Made by a program: the position numbers and the translations under genes. 64,000 nt of DNA from Escherichia coli. Its GTDB lineage: Bacteria > Pseudomonadota > Gammaproteobacteria > Enterobacterales > Enterobacteriaceae. Positions 48,068-58,682 of the stretch are shown piece after piece. Location of the stretch: the NCBI RefSeq assembly GCF_017348835.2, contig NZ_CP072315.1; one strand, written 5' to 3'. Within the stretch, counting starts at the first letter, position 1, and each line of letters starts with the position of its first letter. Under the pieces are notes generated by a model. It did no database searches. It worked only from the letters and a program-made list of their open reading frames with translations, and was not told the origin of the DNA.

Positions 48068-48585
48068 AGATTATCCTCATTCAAAAATAAAAGATATAAC
48101 TCTTGAAAATCGTGGTTATTAATTAGGTCCGCTTTTCCGGGAAAATCGTAACTAACAGAAAATAAAAGAGAAAGAGAATCTTTTCCTTTTGCTTTGGGAG
48201 AGATTCTGCTAAAAGCACGGTTAATAAACATAAGTTGATCTTCATTGTTGAAGCAAAGTCCAAGCATTCCAACCGTAGGAACTACGAATGTGCTTACGCT
48301 GCCTGGGGGCAAAAGTTGCTTACTACGGGCATTGTAAGCACAACGACTACCACCTAGCGTTAGGCCTGAAAGCTCAATAAAACTTCTGGTTCCATTCTTG
48401 GCGACAAGCCAAACATCAGTTCCTGAACTTTCGACACGTAAAGTAACTTTTCCGTCAGTAAAGGCCTCACTTTTATTGTATAGAATAGGGTCAAAACCAA
48501 CTGTCGGGAGTTCTTCGATTTTACTTTCTACTGACTGACAACCAGTCAGTAATGCAAACAATAAAAGTGTGATAACTTTAATCAT
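48064..48585 (-). CDS. lipoprotein (173 aa)
   Basis: Lipobox LLTGC; start/stop overlaps with neighbours. Confidence 0.55.
   Translation of the reverse strand: MIKVITLLLFALLTGCQSVESKIEELPTVGFDPILYNKSEAFTDGKVTLRVESSGTDVWLVAKNGTRSFIELSGLTLGGSRCAYNARSKQLLPPGSVSTFVVPTVGMLGLCFNNEDQLMFINRAFSRISPKAKGKDSLSLLFSVSYDFPGKADLINNHDFQELYLLFLNEDNL
48440..48451. promoter_or_regulatory. palindrome site AAAGTAACTTTT (dispersed family)
   Basis: Read directly, inside the lipoprotein gene. Confidence 0.3.
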
Positions 48586-49414
48586 CCCGCTTCCTTAGAT
48601 TGTTTTTGGCGCTGGTTATAAAAGATAATGATTCACCGGGGTAGAGAATTGTTTCTTTCGTCCAATAACGATAACCACCGAGGATATCTTTTCTTTTCTC
48701 AATATAAACCGGTTCAGAAAATTCTAAATGTTGATATTTCGGAAGAGATAAGATTTTATATTTTACTTGTCCAACTAAGAGGTAATTCTTCTCTTTAGGA
48801 TTGATGGTTACTGAATTACCAACACTTTGAGGTATGTTAAGTTTTTTTATATTTAGATCAGAATCGTCAGGAACGGACACTTGATCATTAGATGTCTTTC
48901 CGGGAAGAGTAAACCCTTTACCCTGATCCGGTCCAAAGATGGCAATTACATCTTTGTTGTTTCTTGTGATCGAAACGATAGCCTGAAGGGGCGTATTAGC
49001 AAGGTCATTTATAAACGATATAGTTATACTTGATTTAGGCTCGACCCAAATAATGCTTTTTCCGGATGTGCCTTCGCTTAATGCAATTTTTTCATTTAGT
49101 AAGATTTTATTTTTGGCAATGATATTATACTCAAGTTTCGGTATCACCATAAAAAGTGATTCTTTATTTGAAACATTCATGATTTCTAAGAAATTGGTTT
49201 TGGTCATGCTGGTCTTTAGAACAGGCCTATATTTACCATTTATAAACCACCTTCCGTTTATAAGCTCCGCTTTAGCAGATATAAGTGAATCACTTTTCTG
49301 AGCGGCAGAAGAAAAAGCATCTTTTCTTTGCTCTTTCTCTTGATGTGGTGCAGCTGCTGCGTGAAGATGCAAAAGTAATGTTGAAATTGAGATAATCTTC
49401 CATTTTATCTTCAT
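48578..49414 (-). CDS. secreted protein (278 aa)
   Basis: Signal peptide; overlaps both neighbours. Confidence 0.5.
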   Translation of the reverse strand: MKIKWKIISISTLLLHLHAAAAPHQEKEQRKDAFSSAAQKSDSLISAKAELINGRWFINGKYRPVLKTSMTKTNFLEIMNVSNKESLFMVIPKLEYNIIAKNKILLNEKIALSEGTSGKSIIWVEPKSSITISFINDLANTPLQAIVSITRNNKDVIAIFGPDQGKGFTLPGKTSNDQVSVPDDSDLNIKKLNIPQSVGNSVTINPKEKNYLLVGQVKYKILSLPKYQHLEFSEPVYIEKRKDILGGYRYWTKETILYPGESLSFITSAKNNLRKRDD

Positions 49415-50358
49415 CTTGTTACCTCAATGTTGTTTTCAATCGAATCGAGTTCTAACGGATAGGTTTTAAGTGAATAAAACTTGTTTGTTGTTTGTATTAG
49501 CTGATGACACAATAAAACTGGATTGTTCTTCATGATTATTTCTACTAATGTAAGTGCTGGTGAGTCAGTTGGCGGTATACCCGGAGCAACTATTACCTGG
49601 TCTTCTAATTTTGACATATAGAGTGATCCAGTATTTATATGTAAACAATTACCGATCAGTACTGGAAGATTGTTTTGAGTACGACCATGGGCTTTTCGAA
49701 TGCTGTTTACAGGATTCCTACCTAGGACCATAAGGTTGACGTCATTTATCATCATTGGTATTACGGCATGGTCCATACCGAATAGAAACTGGCTCTGAAA
49801 AATATTCACATTGGCATAGTTGAATGCTTGAAGCGCATTATAAGTATCAGTGAATGATGTGCGGATAGGGGCGTAATCAGAAGGGCAAACCCCAATTTTT
49901 ATATCGCCTTTGAGTAAAATCTGCATCATCGTACCAAGCTGGGTATTAAGAAGTTTTTTTACCTCTTCCTCTAAATAGTAACGATTTACAGCTTTATGCC
50001 ACTTTCCGCCCATTACACACCATCTCTCATTGAGGTATGTGCTGGGGTAAAATGTTCTCCGGTCTTTGTTTAATGGTAACAATTTTTTTAACATTTCTTC
50101 TCCGGCTCCGGCAGCTGAGAAATGCCTCACAAAACGTCCATCGAAAAAGCCACTGTTTATCGCCTTCATCAACTCTATGGGTTCCGGCCCATAGTCAAAC
50201 AAATTTCCAGTAGAGAAAATTACTATCTCTTCTTCTGGCTTTGTAACTGATTGAATCAAGTTGCACAGCGCAGAGTAATGTCCATGAGGATCTGCCAGAA
50301 AGAAAATCCTTCCCGAGAAGTTTGTAAGGTCTATAGTTTGGACGTGCTCAGCTGCCAT
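49411..50358 (-). CDS. calcineurin-like metallophosphoesterase-fold protein (degenerate motifs), 315 aa
   Basis: FFLADPHGHY (GDxHG-like) and GNLFDYG (GDxxDRG-like) motifs; first gene of the operon. Confidence 0.45.
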   Translation of the reverse strand: MAAEHVQTIDLTNFSGRIFFLADPHGHYSALCNLIQSVTKPEEEIVIFSTGNLFDYGPEPIELMKAINSGFFDGRFVRHFSAAGAGEEMLKKLLPLNKDRRTFYPSTYLNERWCVMGGKWHKAVNRYYLEEEVKKLLNTQLGTMMQILLKGDIKIGVCPSDYAPIRTSFTDTYNALQAFNYANVNIFQSQFLFGMDHAVIPMMINDVNLMVLGRNPVNSIRKAHGRTQNNLPVLIGNCLHINTGSLYMSKLEDQVIVAPGIPPTDSPALTLVEIIMKNNPVLLCHQLIQTTNKFYSLKTYPLELDSIENNIEVTR

Positions 50359-50513
50359 AAATTCCTCTACGTATGTTTACATCGATGATACGGTATTTCG
50401 AGCTATGATTTTTTTACATAAAGGCGTCATTTTGGATTCTAAGCCTAAGGACCTTTGTTACTTACTGGTAAAGGCTCCAGTCCTGGCTCTCAAACAGTTC
50501 ATACTTAGGATGC

Positions 50514-50524
50514 AAAGTAACTTT
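50514..50524. promoter_or_regulatory. palindrome site AAAGTAACTTT (dispersed family)
   Basis: About 200 bp upstream of parM in the divergent promoter region. Confidence 0.4.
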
Positions 50525-50721
50525 CTGATTATAATTGGCTCCTTTATAAACATGTTTACTTCATGAATACAGGATATTTAACGGTAATGTATTTAAAATG
50601 GAAGGATGCTGAAATAACATAGAGTTACGTATTTTTTTAATAGTGTTGATGTTGATAATAGGTCACCATTAATGTATAAAGTTAATATCTAATATGGTCC
50701 TATTAATAAAAGAGAGTTTTT

Positions 50722-51759
50722 ATGGCTGAACTATTAAAATCTGAAAGTCCTGTTTCACAATCATTGCAGGATATCACTGAAGCTTTAAAAATCGTTGTCG
50801 ATGATGGAAGTAAAGCTGCAAAACTGGTTTGTCTTAATGAAAGAAACGAATTAGTTCCCTTGCTCACACAAAATAGTTTTGTTCCAGATTTCCGTGTTCG
50901 CCATGAGGGTCTCAATCCTTTTAACTATCTTATTGATGGGCTGGAAAGGTTTTCGCATCACAGCGAATCTAGTAACTCACTGGAATCGACTGATGTATCT
51001 CACCAATACGATGAAATTAGCCGGTTAAATGTTCACCATGCACTTCATGCTTCTGGTTTAGTTCCTCAGGATGTTCACCTCTTTGTTACTTTACCTCTTA
51101 GCCAGTTCTATACTGCTTTAGGGGAAACGAATATTGAAAATATTCAGAGAAAAAAAGATAACCTGATGAAACCAGTTGAGCGTTATCTTGACGGTAAACG
51201 CTATTCTTTCAACGTTTTGTCTGTGACTGTTTTCCCTGAATCTTTACCAGCTGTGACCCGGGCAGATGAAATTGAGGATATTGCTTCATTTGAATCAAGT
51301 TTGGTAATTGATCTTGGTGGTACTACTCTTGATGTTGCAAGTATTACTGGGCAATTAGAACAGATTTCGAAAGTAAAAGGTTTTGACCGTATTGGTTGTT
51401 CTATTGTTTACGATGAGATCAGCAGGTATCTTGAATCTGAGAAACTGAATACGAGTAATGCTTACATTCATCATCTTGTTGATAATCGTCATGATAAATC
51501 AGCTTTGAAGGTTGCAGAGGACAAGCGTGACGGTGTTTTTGATGCGGTAAACTCTGCGGTACAGAAGTTGCAAAGTAAAGTAATCAGAGCGGTTACACAA
51601 GTCGAAGAGAGGCCTCATAATGTTTTCCTTGTTGGGGGAGGTTCATATCTCATCGAAACAGCTATTCGTAAACATTTTGAAACGGCTAAAGTTATCATGG
51701 TAGACAATCCGCAGTTCGCATTATCTTTGGCAATTGCTGATACTATTTATTCAGAATAA
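50722..51759 (+). CDS. parM: type II partition actin-like ATPase ParM/StbA
   Basis: AAAGAGAG RBS; phosphate-1 motif VVDDGSKAAKL, VIDLGGTTLDV, VFLVGGGSYLI. Confidence 0.75.
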   Translation: MAELLKSESPVSQSLQDITEALKIVVDDGSKAAKLVCLNERNELVPLLTQNSFVPDFRVRHEGLNPFNYLIDGLERFSHHSESSNSLESTDVSHQYDEISRLNVHHALHASGLVPQDVHLFVTLPLSQFYTALGETNIENIQRKKDNLMKPVERYLDGKRYSFNVLSVTVFPESLPAVTRADEIEDIASFESSLVIDLGGTTLDVASITGQLEQISKVKGFDRIGCSIVYDEISRYLESEKLNTSNAYIHHLVDNRHDKSALKVAEDKRDGVFDAVNSAVQKLQSKVIRAVTQVEERPHNVFLVGGGSYLIETAIRKHFETAKVIMVDNPQFALSLAIADTIYSE

Positions 51760-51770
51760 TGAGCTAGAAC

Positions 51771-52409
51771 ATGGCTAAAAACCCTATCTCAAATAAGGCA
51801 GATAACGACCGGATTCAGATCCGGTCTTTCTGGATATCCGAAAGAAAAGCACCCTATGTTTATAGTTTCTTGAAAAAAACAGAACTTTCTCATAGGGGTG
51901 ACCAACTGGATTTAATTAGGTCGGCTATTAGTACCGGGTTGGTATTGAATAATTTATTTCCTGACTTGGCAAATTTTATAAATGGTTTAAACGAAAGATT
52001 AACACTTGCAGATCTTAATAGGTTTCTGAATGATGGAAATACTATAGATACTGAACCTAAGCCTCCTATTAATGTATTGCTAGAGAATGTCTTAGATCAA
52101 AAGTTTAAGGAGTATTTAACACCTCTACAATTAGATAATTCAAAGCAGGATTCTGTTTCTGTAAAAGAAACCTTCCTTGTACAAAAGGAGCATGCCTGCT
52201 TTGGTGTGAAGATTGAAAATGAGGGAAGCGATACCTCTATACCATCTGAAAGCCCACTTTCTTCAGATGCATCCAAAATTTCAAAAGAAAAGTCCATTTC
52301 CGCTGTGGTGCCAGTGCTAGAAAAAGTATCGGATGAAAATCAAACCGCCTCCATAAGCATAAAATCTAAAGCTAAGGCAAACAAGCGACTGGCAACTTTG
52401 GCAAGATAG
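51771..52409 (+). CDS. parR: putative ParR/StbB-like partition adaptor
   Basis: Immediately downstream of parM; identity inferred from position only. Confidence 0.45.
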   Translation: MAKNPISNKADNDRIQIRSFWISERKAPYVYSFLKKTELSHRGDQLDLIRSAISTGLVLNNLFPDLANFINGLNERLTLADLNRFLNDGNTIDTEPKPPINVLLENVLDQKFKEYLTPLQLDNSKQDSVSVKETFLVQKEHACFGVKIENEGSDTSIPSESPLSSDASKISKEKSISAVVPVLEKVSDENQTASISIKSKAKANKRLATLAR

Positions 52410-52457
52410 GTGAGAGACAGTACAATCGACTTCTGAGTTCCAACTTGTCTTACCAGG

Positions 52458-52487
52458 AAAGCCAGCATACTTGCTGGCCTTTTTTTT
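52458..52487 (+). terminator. rho-independent terminator after parMR
   Basis: Hairpin GCCAGCA-TACT-TGCTGGC followed by TTTTTTTT. Confidence 0.65.
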
Positions 52488-52812
52488 GTTATAATAATTT
52501 CAGGCTTCACCTGGGTATGTAAAATTACTGTTAATGAAACGGTATTTTAGGTTAATTTGGGTGCTGTTACAGGAAGTGCGGATTTTTCCTAAATTTGTAA
52601 AAAACCTAAGAATTATCTTAATAAATCTGGTACTTAATTATTATTTTACTTATAAAGTCTCTGTGCTTTAATGGTTATGTAAGGATTTTTTGATACCCTT
52701 ATACCCGATGGACCTAAGGTCACTGACAACGATGTTCATGTAGAATCTTCGTTTCTGTAATCCCTTTTGTTCTTGTCCCAAATGTTTGATTATTATAATA
52801 AAGGCTGATCGA

Positions 52813-53265
52813 ATGCTATCTCGCAACTCACTAATACATGGTTTACGCCGAGACCAGTTAATCGGAGTTCTGACTATTTCAGAGTTTCCGGTAGTTATGG
52901 TAGAAAGCCACTTCATTCAGTCTGAGGTTATGGGAATAAAACCCGTAATTTTTAATATTGATGAGCTTCTTGTTTCTATATCCCCAATTTCCTCTCTTAA
53001 GTTCGATTGGGAGTGGGCCCCAGTTGATACAATACTCATTGAAGTTATCATTCCACCTGTAGAGTCAGACCTTGTAAGTGCAGAAAATGACTTCCTCCGT
53101 GATTCTGGTATCGGCCATATCCAGTGCGAGCCTGGCGGAGCATCAATACGACGTACAGTTACCTTCGTTGGTGGAATAACCGCTGATAACTTACTGTATC
53201 AGTTGAGGCTTATGTGCGTAAGTGCGTTAAAACTTTTAGGAGAGGAACTGGGGGATGAAGTCTAA
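52813..53265 (+). CDS. hypothetical protein (150 aa)
   Basis: ATG with AAGG RBS (track start 52786); no motif recognised. Confidence 0.45.
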   Translation: MLSRNSLIHGLRRDQLIGVLTISEFPVVMVESHFIQSEVMGIKPVIFNIDELLVSISPISSLKFDWEWAPVDTILIEVIIPPVESDLVSAENDFLRDSGIGHIQCEPGGASIRRTVTFVGGITADNLLYQLRLMCVSALKLLGEELGDEV

Positions 53266-53680
53266 GATTAGATATGTTTTATCTGGTTTTGTTGTGATAT
53301 GTGCATTTGCTGGAGTTTATAAAATCCTAAACAATGTTCCGGTTAAACCTGACCTTTTGGACTTCACTGGAAACACATTTAAAAAGACATCACTCTTCCT
53401 GCCATGTGATAAAAGCTCGCCTTCTTTAAACATTAAAATTGCTGATAACGAGAAAATCGTGATCAACGGCATCGCTTCAAAAGTAACTTTTGTTGAAAAG
53501 GCTGACCCCGTCAAAAGCCCTGGTTTTTGTGATGATCTTGATCTAAACAATTCTCGCCTTGTACATACGGCATCTTACAGCATGGTGATTTCTGAAACCA
53601 AAACAGGATATACACTCTCAAATTTCAAGCATCTTGCCGATGATGAATCATTAGGTGGTATGTGGTTTTATCAAAAGTGA
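53255..53680 (+). CDS. membrane-anchored or secreted protein (141 aa)
   Basis: GGAG RBS; N-terminal hydrophobic segment. Confidence 0.5.
   Translation: MKSKIRYVLSGFVVICAFAGVYKILNNVPVKPDLLDFTGNTFKKTSLFLPCDKSSPSLNIKIADNEKIVINGIASKVTFVEKADPVKSPGFCDDLDLNNSRLVHTASYSMVISETKTGYTLSNFKHLADDESLGGMWFYQK
53479..53491. promoter_or_regulatory. palindrome site AAAAGTAACTTTT (dispersed family)
   Basis: Exact 13-bp palindrome inside the ORF at 53255-53680. Confidence 0.3.
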
Positions 53681-54243
53681 CTTTTTATATGGCAACTTCA
53701 GACTTCTCTCTTAAAAACCATAATGTAAAAGCTTTTGGTCAGGATGCAGCACTTGTCATTGAGATGAACAATGAAGATGTTAGCTCATCAAAACCTTCAC
53801 CTTTTTCAAATGAGATTGATAATTATTATCTTACATTGCACGTCGCTCCGAGGAACGCCAAAAAAGATTATGACTGGGGCTCAAACCGTTCTGTACTTCT
53901 AAAATTGTCGACGAATGAAGTTATGCAGATGGCATCTGTATTTCTTAGAATCATGCATACTTTAAAAATTGATAAGAGGAAAACCTCACATCATGGCCAC
54001 GTCGTATACAAAAATATAAGCGTTACCCCAAACGAGAGGGGCGGTTTGTTGTTATCAGCAGGGATAGTTCCAGTCGATAAAGACGGCTTAAAACCCTTCA
54101 TGCACATGGTCCCCGTCTCACAAATGGACTGCGTTAAAATTGGCCTCTACATACTTGGATATCTTGCTCAAAAAACGCCTTGGGTAAGCTCCGAGTCTAT
54201 AATTACCGCGCTTCGCTTATCTGAAGCCAAGAATTCAAAATAG
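53662..54243 (+). CDS. hypothetical protein (193 aa)
   Basis: GTG start with AGGTGG RBS; alternative ATG at 53689. Confidence 0.45.
   Translation: MVLSKVTFYMATSDFSLKNHNVKAFGQDAALVIEMNNEDVSSSKPSPFSNEIDNYYLTLHVAPRNAKKDYDWGSNRSVLLKLSTNEVMQMASVFLRIMHTLKIDKRKTSHHGHVVYKNISVTPNERGGLLLSAGIVPVDKDGLKPFMHMVPVSQMDCVKIGLYILGYLAQKTPWVSSESIITALRLSEAKNSK
53673..53685. promoter_or_regulatory. palindrome site AAAAGTGACTTTT (dispersed family, central G)
   Basis: Read directly at the start of the ORF at 53662. Confidence 0.35.
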
Positions 54244-54362
54244 CGTATTAACATACGGAATACATGGAAAAATACAGGTTTTTTTAAATGTTATACGAAC
54301 GGATATTTCTGTTTTTCATCGTAAAGTGAGTTTAATTTTGCTCAGAAAAACAGGTATTCGTC

Positions 54363-57300
54363 ATGAGAAAATCAGGTTTAGGTTTAGCCCTGTTGTTTTC
54401 TTTAATTGCTCCGATTAAAGCGGTCTATGCCGAAGCGATTATGATTTCAGGAAAGCTACAGGCTGATTTGCCAGCCGTATCCTTTGACCCGGGGCCGGGC
54501 GACTTTGTTGCATACGTTAATTCTAACACTATCACTGCCTCAGGTGCAGGCACAGCCTGTAATGTAACGGTTGATGATCGAGCGACTTCCTCTGTTGATA
54601 ACCTCGTTTGTTTTTTTGAGTGGTTACCCAATACCTTGGGATTTACTTCTAACGGTTTCACTCTTTCAGGCGTTCCCAACACCACCGGTGATTTAAAACT
54701 ACCTTACAAGATTTCTTACTTCTCTGGTTCTGAACGGAAAAAAGTTGAAATAGTAAAAGGTGAATATTCAATCAAAAGTGTGGCACCGGTAAAACCTACT
54801 ATCACCGGTCTTAAATCATCCCTGAACGGATTAGTCTATGACGGCTTTTCTTTCAAATCGTATTTAAAGGATGAAGCGATCAAAGATATCGCTGTTTCTG
54901 TTGAGCCCCGCAATTATATTCAATACATCTCAATAGGTTCAGGCTCCGCCTGTGAAGTTCCTATTGGCGGAACTTCCTGTACCATTGAAGTTGGAAGCAT
55001 TAAGGCCAGTGATACAGATGAACTTTTGGGTTCACGTGATATCACAATTACAGCAAACTCTAAGAATAATTATTTCGCACCTCCTGAATCCAAAAAGCTT
55101 GTTGTTAACTGGGATTATCGGCCTCCTGTAGTAGACCATACACTTTGGAATTTTACCGATGAGGCTAAAACAATCAAAGTAGGTGGCCAGGACATCTATA
55201 CCGGAGCCAAAACCGTTGCTGTGGCCGTTAAGGTACCCCAGCAAGAAACAGAAGGTGAATGGTGGCTCCCAACAGCTATGTCGCTCACTATGACTCCGGA
55301 TGGCGTGTTTAAACCGACGACTAAAGTGACTTTAGATGATGGCACTGAGATTGATTTCAAACAGTCCTGGGCAACCCCTTTACGTAGAACTTTACAGCCG
55401 GTAAGTGGACCTCAAAAAGTCGGTGATGAGTACCTCTATATCTTCGACTTAACGGATCTTATAAACGGGTCCTACGCAGCGACTTTTACAGTAGAAAATA
55501 CGAGCAAAAACTCTTCTACGTACACTGAGCCTGAAAGCAAACTGATGCTGTCTGATAACCCAACGCTTATGGTTCTCAAAGATGGGCAGGTATTAACTAA
55601 ACGAGCACCCGTATACTTCCTGAACGAGATTATCGTTGCAGCTTTCCAGGGGCAGGCTGGGGTTGCTGACATAAAATCAGTAACAATAGACAACAAAGTA
55701 GTTTCGTTAACACCTACAAATTATAGAGGTATTTACTACCTGCCGGTTGGAGACGATTTAGCAGTTAATTCGGATCACGAGATTACTGTGGTGGCTGAAA
55801 ACCTTTATGGAAAAAACGTTAATTTCAGTACCGTTTTCACTTATCAACCTACTGGATTCACTCTCAAGAATCTGGAAAAAAACGTAACTCTTTACTCGCG
55901 TGTACGTCAGTATACGGACCTGCTTAGTCAAACAGCTGGTGATAAATGCACTCTGTTTACCACAGAGGAAAATGCGAATGCTTACCTCGCCTGGTATGGG
56001 GAAAAATCAGATGTTACAGCATGCTACCCTCAGTGGAACAATGTCCCTGATGGGTTGGAGTTCTATTTTAAAGGACGTACCCCGGGTCTAACTGGATTCT
56101 TTAATAAAACAGGTGAGAATCTGCTCGACTATCAAGTCTATATGATTAACGGGAAGGGCTCTAAAGCGGTATCCGCAAGGAATCGCCGTACTCTGACCAC
56201 ACAATTACCATACAACCCGATCATCTCTTACAAAAAGAATAAAGTCATAGCTGGCATCAATCCGAACACTGCTCTGGCTTATACGACCGGGGGGGAGGCC
56301 GCTCGAATATTAGCGAAGGTGGTACCAGCTGACGTTACGATGATCGTCTCTCAAAACGGCTCTGAGGCTGTCAAAACGTCATTTAAAAATCGTTCCTCAA
56401 ACAACGATGCAACGACCTTTGTACAAAGGGTTAAGGTTGCTGCTGCACCATTGTGGACAAAGAACGTCTTTGACATAGCTGTAGAATACTCAAAGGATCC
56501 AGAATTAAGAACTACAGACACACTCAACGTATATACGGTGCCTGATTTCAATATTCGAGCATCGATGGAAGTGGATGACAGAAAAACAGCCACATCTCTT
56601 GAAGTGCCCTTAAAGGTAACAGTGGGGCGTTATAACAACTCCACACGTAAAAGTGCATTTGACCGTAAAACAATGGGAGAATGGGACGTCACGATATACT
56701 CGCAAAAAAGTGTATACGGCAAAGATCCAGAAACAGGCCGTTATAAAACTACATACGAAAGAACTGCGCTGACTGAAGCATTGCCGGTCAATGATGCGGG
56801 CATTGTCGAAACCAAGATTAAAATTGAAAATATGGATCTGGGTAATATGCGTCTGGTTGGTGTGGCTAAGGTCAGATCGCCATTCTCTGATTTTGAAATG
56901 AAACGTGAGACCAGTGCTGTAGGCATTCGAATCTATAAAGGTGAGGAACTGGAGGGTAACCTGTCGAAAAGCCTTATTATCGGAAGGATCCCACTTAGTA
57001 CTCTGGTAAGCTTCAAATCTGCCAGTACTGCTAACTCTGACGCACTTGCCCCCACCGAATGGCAGCAGTCCTCTGATAATGGTCAAACCTGGAATATGCT
57101 TTCCGACATGACCGGAAAGAGAAGTGTAAGTATCAAAAAGACAGAAGTAGGAAAGTGGCTTTATAGGGCAAAAATGACCAATAAATTCACATCTAAGGTT
57201 TCCTACACAGATGCCTTAACGGTAGTTACCTACAAGCAGCCTAAGCTCAGTATAGATGTGACAGACATTCTTCAGGGCTCAGATGTACCTGTAACCCTGC

Positions 57301-58667
57301 TTGATAACGATGAGCCTATACCAGCAGGCACCGCTGAGGTTCTCTGGTCAGAGGATAAAGTCAACTGGGTGCAGGGAGATACAACTTACACTGTGGCTTC
57401 AGCTGATACCCTACCGTCTACGATTTATGCCCGGATGCGTTACCTTGATTCCGATGAACTGGCAGAGGAGTCTTCATGGAAGGAAACGTCTGCTCGGTTG
57501 GCAGCCGCAAAACCCAAGCGCCTTTCTGTCTCGGTAACGGGGGTTTCTAAGGTAGAGGTTGGTCAAAAAGTTACTTTGGAAGGTAAGTTCACGAACCCTA
57601 ACAGTAAGTACCAGAATGGTAATAACGTAGTTGAAGAATGGAAAACACCGGATGGCCAGACATTTAAAGGCTCTACACTGTCTGTTACCCTTACTGAGCA
57701 AATGTTGGATAAACAGGGATATGCTGCTTTTGAATACAGTGCATGGTTAGCGGACAATAAGGAGAATACGGTTTCTACCCGTAGAGTTTCTGTCAAATCG
57801 TGGGTTTATAAATTCCCCGAAATGAAAATAAGCTCCAAACTTAAATACGACATGGCACCGACCACCCTACGCGTTGCGTTGAGCGGTATTAAGGATGGAG
57901 ACTATCCTGGTGTTACTTATTCCCGAGAATGGATTTACGACAAAGAGAATCTGGTAATCACTAAAGATGAAGGTGACACCAAAGAATTTACAATTGAAAA
58001 TCCTGGCAAATATACATTGATGGTTGTTTTCAAAGATAACCGCAACAATGAACAGCGTATCGAAAATACCTTTGTTGTCGATGAACAAACGCCAATGAAC
58101 GTTGAGATGACACCCAAGTTCTCTAACAAATATATGAGAGCTCCACTCGATGTAACCTTAAGGTCAAACATCAAGCTATCTCATTCGGCGGACTCGATAG
58201 ATACGGTCACATACAAGGTGAACGGTGAGGTAATACCCAGCGGCAAAAATTATTGGGCTCAACTGATTTCGGGTTTAAAAGAAAAGAAATACGAGATCAC
58301 AATTGATGTTGTTAGTAAACTTGGACAGAGAGGTTCAGCATCTGTTGAGTTTGATGTCGTTAAAAACGCAGTGCCTAATTGTACATTGAGCTACACGGAA
58401 ACCAACCTAAGCTGGAGCTTTACCAATAAATGTGATGATACTGATGGAAAAATGGTTAGATATGAATGGTTCATCAACGGCGAATTAAGGAACGTTTTCG
58501 GTAGTACGGCTACACTTTCTAAAAACCTTAACCGTGGTAAGCAGGACATAAAAGTAATTGCTTATGATGATAGTGGAGACTTTGCAACGCAGCACGTGAC
58601 AGTTTTCGGACCGGCTGAAGAGGCAAGTAAGTCTGAAAACACTGTATCAATACCAAGCAGTGAGTAA
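54363..58667 (+). CDS. very large secreted Ig-like/adhesin-like protein (1434 aa)
   Basis: Signal peptide MRKSGLGLALLFSLIAPIKAVYA; Thr/Ser/Val/Asn-rich repeated modules; shares the CxxPxGGTSC motif with the three ~800-aa paralogs; strong terminator downstream. Confidence 0.75.
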   Translation: MRKSGLGLALLFSLIAPIKAVYAEAIMISGKLQADLPAVSFDPGPGDFVAYVNSNTITASGAGTACNVTVDDRATSSVDNLVCFFEWLPNTLGFTSNGFTLSGVPNTTGDLKLPYKISYFSGSERKKVEIVKGEYSIKSVAPVKPTITGLKSSLNGLVYDGFSFKSYLKDEAIKDIAVSVEPRNYIQYISIGSGSACEVPIGGTSCTIEVGSIKASDTDELLGSRDITITANSKNNYFAPPESKKLVVNWDYRPPVVDHTLWNFTDEAKTIKVGGQDIYTGAKTVAVAVKVPQQETEGEWWLPTAMSLTMTPDGVFKPTTKVTLDDGTEIDFKQSWATPLRRTLQPVSGPQKVGDEYLYIFDLTDLINGSYAATFTVENTSKNSSTYTEPESKLMLSDNPTLMVLKDGQVLTKRAPVYFLNEIIVAAFQGQAGVADIKSVTIDNKVVSLTPTNYRGIYYLPVGDDLAVNSDHEITVVAENLYGKNVNFSTVFTYQPTGFTLKNLEKNVTLYSRVRQYTDLLSQTAGDKCTLFTTEENANAYLAWYGEKSDVTACYPQWNNVPDGLEFYFKGRTPGLTGFFNKTGENLLDYQVYMINGKGSKAVSARNRRTLTTQLPYNPIISYKKNKVIAGINPNTALAYTTGGEAARILAKVVPADVTMIVSQNGSEAVKTSFKNRSSNNDATTFVQRVKVAAAPLWTKNVFDIAVEYSKDPELRTTDTLNVYTVPDFNIRASMEVDDRKTATSLEVPLKVTVGRYNNSTRKSAFDRKTMGEWDVTIYSQKSVYGKDPETGRYKTTYERTALTEALPVNDAGIVETKIKIENMDLGNMRLVGVAKVRSPFSDFEMKRETSAVGIRIYKGEELEGNLSKSLIIGRIPLSTLVSFKSASTANSDALAPTEWQQSSDNGQTWNMLSDMTGKRSVSIKKTEVGKWLYRAKMTNKFTSKVSYTDALTVVTYKQPKLSIDVTDILQGSDVPVTLLDNDEPIPAGTAEVLWSEDKVNWVQGDTTYTVASADTLPSTIYARMRYLDSDELAEESSWKETSARLAAAKPKRLSVSVTGVSKVEVGQKVTLEGKFTNPNSKYQNGNNVVEEWKTPDGQTFKGSTLSVTLTEQMLDKQGYAAFEYSAWLADNKENTVSTRRVSVKSWVYKFPEMKISSKLKYDMAPTTLRVALSGIKDGDYPGVTYSREWIYDKENLVITKDEGDTKEFTIENPGKYTLMVVFKDNRNNEQRIENTFVVDEQTPMNVEMTPKFSNKYMRAPLDVTLRSNIKLSHSADSIDTVTYKVNGEVIPSGKNYWAQLISGLKEKKYEITIDVVSKLGQRGSASVEFDVVKNAVPNCTLSYTETNLSWSFTNKCDDTDGKMVRYEWFINGELRNVFGSTATLSKNLNRGKQDIKVIAYDDSGDFATQHVTVFGPAEEASKSENTVSIPSSE
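55323..55333. promoter_or_regulatory. palindrome site AAAGTGACTTT (dispersed family)
   Basis: Read directly, inside the 1434-aa gene. Confidence 0.25.
57566..57577. promoter_or_regulatory. palindrome site AAAAGTTACTTT (dispersed family)
   Basis: Read directly, inside the 1434-aa gene. Confidence 0.25.
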
Positions 58668-58682
58668 TAAATTTTTAAATAT

